Shown piece after piece: positions 41,000 through 54,693 of a stretch of DNA of 64,000 bases. The DNA is from the human T2T-CHM13v2.0 reference genome, Homo sapiens. The position numbers were made by a program, and so were the translations under genes. The notes under the pieces are model-generated. The model did not search any database and had not been told where the DNA came from. It worked only from the letters and a program-made list of their open reading frames with translations. Where the stretch lies: assembly GCF_009914755.1 (NCBI RefSeq), contig NC_060928.1; one strand, given 5' to 3'. Each line of letters opens with the position of its first letter. Position 1 is the first letter of the stretch.

Positions 41000-41651
41000 T
41001 CAAAGCTCAAATAAAAATTCAGACTTATACAGAACTGATATGAAGAGTTAAATTTTTTGGAAAATGTTTTCTGTAAGTCATCACTTCTAGACATGCTAAA
41101 ATTTATATAATGAAATATTTTTTCAGATTTATTCCAATGCTATAAAACATGTTTAGCATTTCAGTAACAGTTTTATTAGCAGAAAATTCTTCCAAAATTT
41201 AAAATTATTAAAATTATCTGCAACTTTGCAGGTAATAAAAGTGTTTTATATCACATTCAATTATATTGATCAATAAAGAAGTTGCAAAAAGCATAAATTC
41301 TGATACCTAATACATTTATGGAAGAATGAATTAGAGAAATCTCATAATAAATCAAGGTGTCACATTAAGAAAGTATTACTGTTTACTGTATCATATAAAA
41401 TTACATATTATACATTGAATTACATACAAATATAAAATTATGACACCAATATTTTCTTGCAATTTGTAGGTTTATGTTGTAATTCATGATAACTATTACT
41501 CTGATTACATTTTGTCAGTAATATAATATTTTTAAAGGAAAATGTATTGTTTCAGTATATTTAACTTAGCTGTACTTTTTTTCTGCTTTTTGAACAAAGT
41601 GTTTCACGTTTTCATTTTGCATTGCCCCCAAAATTATGTAGTTGGCCCTGC
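41000..41651. mobile_element. MER45-like hAT DNA transposon remnant
   Basis: Terminal ttttcattttgca...aaattatgtagttggccctg resembles the MER45 end; left boundary uncertain. Confidence 0.55.
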
Positions 41652-42491
41652 CTTTAAAATCATGGTTTCTTCCAGGTAATATGACTGAAATGTCAAGATC
41701 CAGGCTCTGGACTGTCTGCAGAGCCCTCTCTTGTTCTTGAGGTCATTCAAAATCAAGAGCCTTCTGAGTTACATGACTAACGGATCAGAACCATATTCCT
41801 AAATGTGGCTTGTGCTGCCTTCAAAATCCAGAGAAACCTTCCATGGGCTGTACTTCTTTCATAGTGGTAGGAGGTGGAAGATGAAATAACATATCCTTTA
41901 TTTTGTAGGGGATACTCTGGAATGTCCCCAGACCACTGGCTCACTATAATCTCAGTCCCAAATCTTTGTAGGGTTTATCTCCCACCCTCTGGCCTGCATG
42001 TGTTTTAATAAGGCATCTCGAAGACTTACCACCTTATGATTACTAATTTTAGTTAACATGATATTATCAATATAAGGGGCCAGACTGATGTCATATAGAA
42101 TGCTTAGACAAAGGTTAAGGTTCTTTTAGACTACATAGGGATAGAGGAGAGTAGAGCTAACATAGCCCTTGGGCAAGATGGTGAGTTACCTGCATAGTCA
42201 AGGTGAATGAACTGCATTTTATTCTTCTTCCCAAAGGAGATTGAAAATAAGGTGTTTGCAGTATACCTAGACTCAAAGGCTGTGACAATTTGCTGTCATA
42301 AAATACCACCATCTGGTACTGCAACTGCAAACTGGGGCTACCACTTGGCTAAATTATCTGACATAGTCCATTTAGTGTTTGGTTTTTTCCAGGGGTTAGA
42401 TTGATGAATTAAAGGAGGATATGATGAAATCACCACACTGTTCTTTCTTTTTGAGTCTCTAAGGGTGGTTCCAAGCCCTTGCATTACACTT

Positions 42492-42852
42492 GTGTCTTAG
42501 TTTATTTCCTGCTCCTATAACATAATACCATAGACTGGGTAATTTGTAAAGACAAGAAACATTTCTCACAGTTCTGGAGACTGGGAAGTTCAAGAGCATC
42601 GCACTAGTATCTGGTGGGGCCATTCCATGGCAGAAGGCATAGCAAAGTGAAGAAACATGTGCATGAGGCAGGGAGAGAAGTGTGCCAAACTCATCATTTT
42701 TACCAGGACTCCTGCAATAACCAACCCACTCCTGTGATAACACCATTAATCCCTTCATGAAGGCTCTGCCTCTTAAAGGCCCCACCCCTTAATATGGTTA
42801 CTGTGACAATTGAATCTCATCATAAGTTTGGAGGGAACATTCAAACCATAGG
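42492..42852 (-). mobile_element. MaLR LTR (MSTC/MLT1A-like)
   Basis: tgtcttagttt...catagactgggtaattt...cattcaaaccata. Confidence 0.7.
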
Positions 42853-42859
42853 AACCTAG

Positions 42860-45490
42860 GATGTGGTATTGCTCTGGAATGGTGGTCACCTTCAGGGGTG
42901 TTTACTTCATCTTTCCTACTATAAAGGCTCTTACTCCACAGGTCAAAAAACAAATGTGAGAGGGGGCTAGGGACATGATCACAGCATGGGTGCTGATAAA
43001 CTTAGTTCTGGAGTCCATTTGTCATCTAGCCTCAGTAAGTCCTTATTTAACTGAGGGGGCCCATGATTGTGTTTTGGGTCTTGTAGCAGTGACAGCTCAG
43101 ACTCTGTGATCAAGCCATCAGAAGATCTGAGTATTCCATTCCTCCAAATGCACAGGAACTCCAACAAATGGGTATGGGTCCCTTTGGGGAAGGGTTGGGA
43201 GAATCACTATGTTATATGCTTGCTGTGGCTTACAGGACTTCCTCTCCCTTAAGTGATTAAATCTGGGCCTGAGGTTCCAGACACCAGTCTGGGAACTGGG
43301 TATCAGACTGTGATCGTCCATTGTGGTAGCTGACATCATCAACATTTGGCTCTCTTGCTCCTGATCACTTTTGATTGTAAAGGTCAAGCAATATCCTTAT
43401 CAACTGCACATCTAAGAGCTCTTAGGAACCATGGGATATATTAACCACAGTCTCAGATTCGTGCCTGTCAGGCCCCTGTTTGCCATGCTGCCTTTATGCC
43501 ATTATAGTAGTCATGGCTGCCTTGCTGCCACCAAGCCTCCACTATTCTGGAATCCTATTTTGCTTCTTGGTACTAGGAATCCCAGTCCCATAATGATATC
43601 ACTACCATCAATCCTGGCCTTCAGAATATAAACCACTTCGGAGTTTTTCCGTGAAGCCAGTACCCCCATCACCATCACATTCTTTACTGTTTTAATGAAG
43701 ACCGTCTTCTTGGACTCTCTTGGAAACATTGTCAGCGAGCTGTGTTATTCTATGTCATTCTTTGGAGTAAGCTTATCTCCCTGAGCCAAAGCACAGTAGT
43801 AAATAAATCTTATCTAGTTTTTAAAAACATTTATTTATTTATTTATTAGAGACAAGTTCCTACCTTCTCCCAGGCTGGAGCACAGTGGTCCCATCATGGC
43901 TCACTGCAGCCTCAAATTCTTAGGCTCATGTGATCTTCCTTCCTCAGTCTCCTGAGTAGCTAGGACTACAGGCACAAGTCACCATGCCCAGCTAATATTT
44001 TAAATTCTTATTTTTTGTAGAGATGTGGTCTTGCTATGTTGCCAAGGCTGGTCTCGAATTCCTGGCCTCAAGCAATCCTTCTTCCTTGGCCTCCTAAAGT
44101 GTTGGGATTACAGGCATGAGCCACTGTGTCCAGCCAACCTTATCTCATTTATTTCAGGCCTTCTTTTCTCCAGATTTCAATGAGCCATTCCTACAGTTGT
44201 ATTAGGACCAGCTCTAAGTGCCTTGCCAGGTCATTAAACTTTGACTCATGAGAGAGTACCCTTTTATCAACTCATTCTTTCTTATCCAGCCTTGTATATT
44301 ACGTACCACCATTATCAGTCCAACACCATTCTCATGCGTGCTTTCCCAATTCCTGACATATATTTAGGCAGATCCTACAATTCTTTTGGTTAACAATCCC
44401 TTTTCTCCAAAATAAGGGACAGTATTTCCCAGGAGCATGGTGCCGATACTGAAGCTTAGTTATTTGTCTAGAAGCAGTGAAGGGAGACAGGTTCTGAAGA
44501 GGCAAGCACCCTCTTGCAATGCAAGGCTGTGCACAGTTTCCAGGCAAAGGGAGCTGCTATCCTTCAGTAAGAGGGGGAGAAAGCGACTCCTGCCAACTCT
44601 CTGGGGGGTCATGGGAATCTAGGGGTTCAAGGTGTGCCATTTCATAGGCAAAGATGTCCCCATCCCATCTCAGGGTCTTACTCTCTCCCCACAAAGGCCT
44701 TGACTTTAATGAAGGATATCTGCCAGGGCTGGGAATAGAGACCAAAGTTTCTTGATTATTCTGCTGTGATCATAATGAACATGCTGTGCTTGTAGGATTT
44801 TCGCACAGTCTGCCCTCTGGCTGCAGGGGGTGAGGGGCTCCTTCAATGTTGAGGGCCATTGAGGTCTTCTGACTTCACACTACACCCGAGTTGATAGTTG
44901 GTAGTTGATCTGATCCTGTTGTTTTCTTCCCTTAGCACATGATGGTAGTGGAAAGCAACAGCTAATTCCACATTCCTTATGATTACCATTTTATGACATC
45001 TCTCAGTTGCTATAATAGCGTGTAAGTCAGTGCATCTCTTTCTCTTTCTTCCATCATAGCTCACTTCATGCAAGAGTCGCAGTAATTGAAATGCCACAGC
45101 ACACCAGAGGAAGGGAGGATGAGACGAGGGAGGGAAGCAGCCCATAAAGGACACATTACCAAGCAAGTTGTCACTGAGGGCAACTGGAGCTTAATCCTGC
45201 GGGGACCTTTGGCTGACAGTGTAGCAAATTTCTCAGAGTTAATTAATCAAAGACATGGGGAAGCTGAGGTGTCTATCCTTCATTCCTGCCAGTCATTGGT
45301 TGAGGGCACTCCCAGGAAGGATATTAATTCCTGACACTTCCAGGCTGCCCCGTGTGGGGGCAGAACAGGTATTGGAAGTCAGAGAAGGCTCTCAGGCAGT
45401 CACAGGTGCTTCCCATTGGAAGTTGAGAGGATGGGTCCAGAAACGGTCATTGCCAAGATGAATAAGCACGAGACACCAGCACTTTCTGCT
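42860..45490 (-). mobile_element. Degraded ERVL-type internal sequence plus LTR-like flank, interrupted by an AluJ (43826-44136)
   Basis: WCAVAFQLLRL peptide resembles an ERVL/HERV16 gag N-terminus; heavily decayed. Confidence 0.35.
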
Positions 45491-45834
45491 ACGAGCGGGT
45501 TTTCTGTCACTTGATCCAAATGCTTCACAGTTGAGAGTCTGGATTTTGTTGTTGTTGTCGTTGTTGTTATTTTACTTTATTCAGGGGATCTTTTCTAGGA
45601 TCCTTTCAATTTTGCCTCTACCTCAAAATTCATTATTGCTACAGATCTGCTTTCATGGATGAAAGAGTTACTATTCTATCACCGTCCTGGTCATTTTATT
45701 ATGTTTTCAAAGCAAAGAATAGCTCTGGAAATCACTTCTTCAATTAGAACTAAAGAGCTTCCCTGCTTAGCAGCATAACAAGCCTGAAAGGTAGCACAGG
45801 TGTCATTCACAAGCAAATGACAGCAAAGAGTACT

Positions 45835-46565
45835 TTTTATTATTTGAAATTTATTTTTTTGTGGGCTCATAGTAGCATATATTTATGAGGTACATGAGAT
45901 GTTTTGAAACAGGCATGCAATGTGAAATAAGCACATCATGAAAAATGGGGTATTCACCACCCCCCGAGCATTTATCCTTTGAGCTACAAACAATCCAGTT
46001 ATACTTTGTAAATTATTTTAAAATACATAATTGTTATTATTGACTATAGTCACCCTATTGTGTTATCAAACAGTAGGTCTTATTCATTCTTTTCTTTTTT
46101 TTTTTTTTTTGTATCCATTAACCATCCCCATCTACCTCTCATCCCCTCACTACCCTTCCCAGCCTCTGGTAACTATCCTTCTACCTTTTATGTCCATGAG
46201 TTCAGATGGTTTGATTTTTATTTTATTTTATTTTTGGAGACGGAGTTTTGCTCTTGCTGCCCAACCTCCGCCACCCAGGTTCAAGCGATTCTCCTGCCTC
46301 AGCCTCCTGAGTGGCTGGGATTACAGGTGCCCACCACTATGCCCAGCTAATTTTTGTATTTTTAGTAGAGATTTGGTTTCACTCTGTTGTCCAGGCTAGT
46401 CTCAAACTCCTGACCTCAGGTGATTCACCAGCCTCAGCCTCTCAAAGTGCTGGGATTACAGGAGTGAGCCACTGTGCCTGGCATGGTTTGAATTTTAGAT
46501 CTCACAAATAAGTGTGAACATGTGATGTATGTTTTTCTGGGCCTGGCTTATTTCACTCAACATAA
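45835..46565 (-). mobile_element. L1MA 3' fragment with nested Alu (46215-46482)
   Basis: Antisense L1MA 3' end, TSD agcaaagagta on both sides. Confidence 0.8.
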
Positions 46566-46712
46566 GCAAAGAGTATTTGGCAATTCATTCCCATCCCTTC
46601 AGGTGGAAGACTTTTAATATGTCTCTGCTTAGAACTAGAGAGAGGTTTATTAATTATCTGTGAAAGAAAGCCGGGTGAATAAGACAGATGTTGCTCTCAA
46701 GGAACTACTATC

Positions 46713-47050
46713 CAGAACTATGCTGTCCAGTATGGTAGCCACAAAATACTTGCAGCTACTGAGTATTTGAGATGTGGCTAGTGCCAACTAAGATGGGCTG
46801 TAAGTGTACAATGAACACCATATTTCAAAGACTTGGTACAAAGATAAAAGAATATAAAATATCACATTAATAATTGTTATATTGATTACATGTAGAAATG
46901 ATCATGCTTGTTTTGCATATGTTGGGTTAATTAAAATATATTTTAACATTAATTGTAACTGGGTTTTTTTGTTCCTTAATAATATAGCTGCTTATAAAAA
47001 TGTAAAATTTTATATATGGCTCATATTATATTTCTACTGGTCAGTACTGA
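46713..47050. mobile_element. MER33-like DNA transposon
   Basis: gctgtccagtatggtagccac...gatgtggctagtg...tttcaaagactt motifs. Confidence 0.7.
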
Positions 47051-47709
47051 TCAAGAATAAATTATCAGGTGGTCCACAATGAATGGTGTGCAATATCAGT
47101 CAAAACTCATTATGGTAGGTTCTGGAAATACAAAGGTGAATCCACATGATTTTCTATCCTCAAGTAGCTCTCAGCCTAGTGTTTGGAGAAGACAAACAGT
47201 AACATTTAATTGAGAAGACAGGGCTACCAGAGGCATGAATCAGGTGTAACAGAGTTCATGCACTACAGAGACTTATACTAGAGCAGGGGTGGTGCATGGA
47301 GTGGATAGGCAGGTGAGTGAGCAAGTTAGAGAAGATTTTAAAGAGGAGGGGTTATATGAATTAATTTGTCACAAGAGTGGGGTTTTACAAGGTAGAAAAG
47401 TGTGTAGTCTGTGCGGTGGTTAGGCCTGTGAGTGAAATAACTTCCCCTTATAATCCCCTTTAATTGAAAAAAATCTCGGGGAACATTCTGATTGGCAGGG
47501 CTGGAGTCACATGACCACCATGGGCCAATGACTATGGCAAGCTGGGTTGACTATTACAATTGACTAGCTGTGATCAGGGAGGTGGTACCATGAAAGAAGA
47601 CAGGTATTTTTATTCAGAAGAGGAAGAGAAGCAATTCCTCAAAAGAAAGGTAGCATTGGTCCATAAAGGGAGGGTGCTGGGAAGATTCAATACTCTTCCT
47701 ACATAGTGG

Positions 47710-47975
47710 AGATCTAGATATATACATTATAGTCACTATTGTGTATACAGTGTATATAGATATACACTATATCTATGTATATAGATATATGTGTATACAC
47801 TATATGTATATCTATAGATCTATATTTATATAGTATATGTATATCTTATAGATATACATAGATATAATGTATACATCCACATATAGTATGCACACATCTA
47901 TGTATATATCTATGTATATACATCTATGTATAGATGTACTGTGTATAGTGTATATAAATATACACTGTAGTCACT
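47710..47975. repeat. Degenerate (TA/TATAC/TAGA)n low-complexity tract
   Basis: Directly visible. Confidence 0.85.
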
Positions 47976-48551
47976 ATTTTCTTCATCTTAATATGCTTAT
48001 GTCTCAGTCTCTTTTCTCATCACAGCACACAGAATCCAGCACTTCTCCTTTGTGTATTATAACAATTTATTTCTTGCAACAACTCATGGCAGTGGGAACG
48101 TGGCTCGTATAAGACTAGAAAATGAATTATTGCCGTTTTATAAACATGCTAAGGAGATTTAGTTTTGCACTGAAAGCAAAGGAAAACCATAAAAGATTAA
48201 AAAACTTTGACAAGAGAGGTGTATGATCAGATTTGTGCTTTGATCATTAATTCATTAAACAGCTATCATTGTGTGTTTATGAGTTCCAGGTGTTCTTCTA
48301 AGTTCTAGGATCTATTCAGTAAATGGGCAATTGTGCATATGTTCTTGTAGTGCACATTCTAGTGGGTGGAGATAATAAATAGCTTGTATAAGGAATAAAT
48401 TGTATTTTCGAAGGTGATGCATGCTCCAGGAAATAATACAACATGGAAAGCTAGGCTGGGGCTATGGTTTTAAATGAGAAGTCTGGATAGGCCTCATTGA
48501 GAAGATGATGTTTAAACAAAGATTTGAAGGAGTGAAGGAATCAAGCTATTC

Positions 48552-48829
<278 letters not shown>

Positions 48830-49076
48830 TGAACATTTCAAGCAGAAGGAGCAGAAGCAAAGGCCCCGTGGTAGCCATGTGTCTGAACTATTTGAGGAAC
48901 GGCAAGGAGGCCAGGATGGCAGGATCAAGGTGAGGGAAGAAAATAGGCCAGATCAGGTCAGGCCTTGCAGGCTATTTCACTGGCTTTTTTTGGAATGAGA
49001 TGGAAAGCCAGTAAAGGCCCACTGGAGAGAGGCTTCTGGCCACTGCACATTGATGCTGGTTGATAATGTAAATAGT

Positions 49077-49275
49077 ACATATAAATCACTAAGAAGATAT
49101 AAATCACTAAGAAGATAAAGTGATTTACATATAAATCACTAAGAAATATTTAAATATAAATCACTAAGAAATATAAATATAAATCACTAAGAAATATTTA
49201 AATATAAATCACTAAGAAATATAAATATAAATCACTAAAAAATATTTAAATATAAATCACTAAGAAGATAAAGTG
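49077..49275. repeat. AT-rich minisatellite, core ATATAAATCACTAAGAA x8
   Basis: TAAATCACT at 49082, 49100, 49132, 49157, 49180, 49205, 49228 and 49253, plus one reverse copy at 49119. Confidence 0.93.
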
Positions 49276-51244
49276 GCTGTCCTCTTAGCATTTCATCTGG
49301 CAATATATCACCCTCCATCTTCATCTCTCTGATATAAATGTCATATCCAAAATACAGCACGCTGCATTCTTCTTCTAAAATTTCAGATTAGATATGTTCC
49401 AGCCTCTGTCTAAGCTGTCTCTATCTCTGGGGCTCAGATATGTCAGAGCTGATAGCATGGGACTTTCAGAAGTCCATTTGTGGGAGGGATTTTTTCAGAT
49501 AAAGGCGGTCTGGAAAAGGGAGAAGAATTAGAAGGTATCCATCGTATCTGTAGCAGAGATTTTTTATGTATGTGTGTGCTCCTGTGTATACATGTAGAAA
49601 CCAAACATCCTGAATGGCTCACGATCGCGCCAGTGGGTGTCCTTTGTCCTTGCATAATTATTAGTAGCATCCCTCTCCATTAGGTGAGCCCTAAGGAGAA
49701 AGAGTAGGGTCTTTAAGAATGTTACGAGACACAGAGCCACAAACAGTATTGGGATAGGACCCAGCTCTCAAAGTGTGGCCCAGCCATGGCACAGCTGGAG
49801 GTTCGCAGAGATGGTGCCCACCAAAGGCAATGATGGGACATACATAAACTGCCTTGCAGGCAGGGAGAGTCCAAATCGGTCAGGGCCCATCCAGACACAC
49901 AGATAGCACACTCAAATCAGGAAAATCGGAGGAGGTTTAATAGGGACTATCTGCAAACCATTGATGTGTACAGAGATGCACCAAGGCCTCACAGAGTGAG
50001 GCAACAGGGAGGTCATGGGAATCCGGAAGGAGAGAGTCCCATGGAGAGGTCATCTGGAGAAGAGCAGTGGCCTCTGTCAAGGAACCCAGTGGCCTGAGGC
50101 AACCCTGCAGGGAGGAAGCCAGCTGAGGGAATGGATAACCGGACCTCAGTCACCTTCCTTCCTTTGGGAGAGCCTCCTGGGGCTGGATCCAGGGCAGAGA
50201 GCCAAAGGGAGAGGCTGGAAGATCTGGAAGGCCAAGTGGGGGGGTGTGAGGCCACAGCTTCTTCGTGTGTATCATCAGTGGAGATTGAAAAGAGAGGAAA
50301 ACCACGATGGAGGCCTGTGGGACTGTGGGCAGCTTTTTCAAGTGCAGATGTGATAATCCCCACGAAGACCCCCGGAAATATTGAGAGGGAGGCTCTTTGA
50401 AAGGGGATGGTGTTCTGCAGAACAATAGAGGCTTCATGAGTCGCTAAAGTAGAGGTTGTGAGGATTAGTGTGACCCCATTGTGAAAACTGGCCTAAAAGA
50501 ACCCAAGGAAACAGGGGTATGTTGAGTTCAGGAACATTGCAGAATTTCCAGATGTTCTCTGAAGCATGCACATGTCTAAGATTGTCTCCTCTCTAAGGGT
50601 TGTGTGCAGTTTCTTACCTTCTGTGAGCTGGCTGTGAACTCAGTGCCCCTGGGTGGTAGCAGAAGCATGAATGCTGAGAGGAAGGATGTTGCTGTCAGCA
50701 CTGTGTGGTTTTGAATGAGATAAAGAATCAACGTCAGATGTAGCTGCACACATACTTTATTTTGTTGAATTTCCAACTGATGAAGTATTTGATAAGCATG
50801 CCTGAAAAGATGGAAAAAACGGGCTCTTTCCCAGCGGTCCATTTTTGTAATTTAAGTACGTAGATTTGTTTTAGTTTACATTTGGTGATTTTTATGTTAT
50901 TTCTGAAAAGGTAGTATATACACATGGCTTAAAAATAAAACACTATGAAAAAATCTCATTCCCACTCCTGTCCCCTGTTCTGGTCCCACACCTCTAATTC
51001 GGATGACCACTTGTTTAAAGTTCATGTAGATCTGTCTAGGGTTTCTTTGCACAAGCACATACAAATACATGTTATTACTCCCTACCTTTTCTTACACAAA
51101 AGGAAGCATTAAACACAAAATACTTTGTACTCCTTAATAGTACATCCTGGAGATTATTCTGTATCAATACATACAGAGATCCCTCACTTTATTTTTTACA
51201 GCTGCATAATATTCCATGGGAGAGATGTTTTGTAATTTATTTAA

Positions 51245-51593
<349 letters not shown>

Positions 51594-52972
51594 CGCCAGT
51601 TTCTCTTATAAACAATGCTGCAATGACTAATCTGGTATATTTATTATCTTTCATGTGGGCAGAGATATTTGTAGGTTGAATTCCTAGAAATGGGGTCAGT
51701 GAGTCAAAGAGTAAATGCATTTGCAATATTAATGTATTCATTCTTCACTGGATCTCTGTAGTTTAGCAATGAATTGAACAACTGCATATTATTTATGGGT
51801 GAAAAGCCCCAAAGAAAAAAGAAATGCTGAGTCCAGATGTCACCTTCAGTCAATGTAGAGTGGTGGTTACCACCAGTGATGAAGGTCTTAGAGTGTTTAT
51901 GCATCTGTGAGTGTGTGAGTGTGTGCTCATTTGTGTACTCTGAAAACCCTATTTGAAAAAAAAAACTTAACCATTGGGTTATTAGACAGATAATCACTTC
52001 ACTCCAATTTCAAATCAATGAGTTTCTTATTCCAGCTTATATTCCAATAGTCCAAAGCTTCCAGGGAATAAAGGTAAAACAATCTGAGAGCTCTGAGTTC
52101 CTCCACAGGGCAAGTACCATGTAAACTGATAGATGATGTTAAGGTTCTCAAGGTGGTGACTAAACAGTTCTCCCAGTCTCTGCAACATAAACATAAACTT
52201 AAAAATTACACTGTAAGCTAGATCTTCATTTTGAAAATAACCATGGAATTTGAAAAAATAAAACTGAAACAAACAAAACACACCACCATGAACAACAAAA
52301 ACAACAACAAAACAAGGGGGAAAAACCGACTTTCTGGTGTTTTTGCTAAAAGACTGCAGGGTGGGTTGGGGGAAGCTCTTCTCATAAAAGAAAAGTACTA
52401 GACAATCTGGTCTTTTAAAGGGTCTTGAAAACAGATTATGCAGTAAAACTGAGCTGTCAAAGACCCTCAGAGATGGTCGTACCTGGCTAGTCCTATGAAG
52501 CGCCCAGCTAGAGGAGAGTTTTCTTTCTCATTTTCAATCGTGGTTTGTGGTTAAAGATGTGCATGCCAATGGCAGGTCTGGGGGTGAGATGTGTTTGAAA
52601 AAACGTTGAATTTATATTTGCAGTACCAGCCAGACTCAGGAAGTGACACTCAACCACATTTTCCTGACCTGGGTGGAGATTAGTTGAGAGTGTGTTTGAT
52701 AGGTTAACACATGTTGAGAAACATTTTGACATAGGACGTGTTGCATATAACTAGTTTTATGAAGATGATGTCCTTAATGGGTATATCTTCTATGAATGAC
52801 TCAGGTCATCATCATAGACTTGGGTTATTGTAACATCTAGCAGGTATGTTGCGCTGTGGAGAGCTGTTTTTCCCCCTAGCGGCCTCGGAGGGTGAGGTTT
52901 GGAGTGCTATTCACATTTTTCTGTGCACTGGCTGTGCAATGGCCAGCCATATCTCTTTCCAAGATGCTCATT

Positions 52973-53540
52973 TGTTGGGGCTCAGGATGCACCACCTCAA
53001 AACATACTGTGGGAGACAAGATGTGCCACCCCAAAATACACTTCCTGGCATATTTCAAGCTGGTTATTCAGATACACTGCAGACGCAGGAGTATCTCTGA
53101 AAAGCTGCCCTTTGTAAAAGAAATGTATGCCTATTGTAAATTGAAAGTTAAGTTTCTTGTAAAAGAAATCTATATTAGTAAAACCATCTGTATCAGGAAG
53201 AGGGCTGTTCCTAGACAATTTTTATTACCTGAGATACTTTATTTGCATAACAAGACAAACTTTTATTCACCTTATATTTCCTCCCTCCCCTTCTCATAGC
53301 TTGTCTCTACCACCCTCAGAAGCCCCAAGCTCCTCCTATTCCTTTCTGTAGCTCAGGCTGCTATATAAGCTTCAATCATCTGGTCTTTCTTCAACTCTCA
53401 TATTTTCGCGGGACCCCTGTGCCAACGTGTGTAGTTAAACATAGCTTTTTTTCTTGCTAATCTGTTGTGTGCTGATTTAATTCACAGCCATGCCAAAGAA
53501 CCCAGGAGGGTGGAGGTAGACCATTTGGTTCTCCCTGCAC
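52973..53540 (+). mobile_element. MER34-like ERV1 LTR
   Basis: tgttggggctcag and tgtgggagac...tgccaccccaaaat starts, TATA-like ctatataag. Confidence 0.6.
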
Positions 53541-53789
53541 GAACTGCAGTGTATTTTTTTGGGCCCAAGGTCAAATACCAGCTCCACTGTCCTAGTCCTG
53601 TGACCTTGGCTGAACAGAATAATGATCCTCCTGTCTATAAAGAGGACAAAAGCACACCCCCACCCCGCCCCGCAGACTGTTCTGAACAGTGGTCCCCTGT
53701 TAAAGAAAACTTCTCCTCAACTTCACTCCCTCTTCACCATTTCTTTCCATTAATATTACAGAGAATCCTTTATAGGGAATTTCTTTTAA

Positions 53790-54131
<342 letters not shown>

Positions 54132-54304
54132 TTAAAAACCCAATAACATCAGCATTTTTAATAACAATTTTTATTGTAAATTGACAATTTATAATTGTGT
54201 ATATTTCTGGATACAACGTGATGTTATAATTTATAAATACAATGTAGGATAATTAAATTAAGCTAGTTAACATATCCATCATCTCAAATATTTAGCATTT
54301 TTTT

Positions 54305-54693
54305 TCAACTTTTATTTTAGTTTCAGGGGGTACATGGGCAGGTTTGTTACACAGGCAAATTGTGTGTCACTGGGGTTTGGTATACTAATGATCTTATCAC
54401 CCAGGTAGTGAGCATAGTACCTGACAGCTGGTTTTTCAGCCGTCCCTCCCCTTCCGCCCTGTCTCCTCTAGTAGTCCCCAGCGTCTATTGTTTCCATCTT
54501 TATGTCCATGTGCACTCAATATTTAGCTTTCACTTAAACGTGAGAACATGTGGCATTTGATTTTCTGTTCCTGCATCAATACACTTAGGACAATGGCCTC
54601 CATTATCCTAAGCTACATCTTTTGCGGCTGTATCCATGTTGCTGCTAAATATGTGGAATACTATGCAGCCATAAAAAGAATGAAATCATATCC
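54305..54693 (-). mobile_element. 5'-inverted L1PA/PB fragment nested in an older L1MA (54160-54950)
   Basis: Antisense L1 3' end, then a sense piece ggaatactatgcagccataaaaagaatg; TSD ttagcattttttt at 54292 and 54694. Confidence 0.75.
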
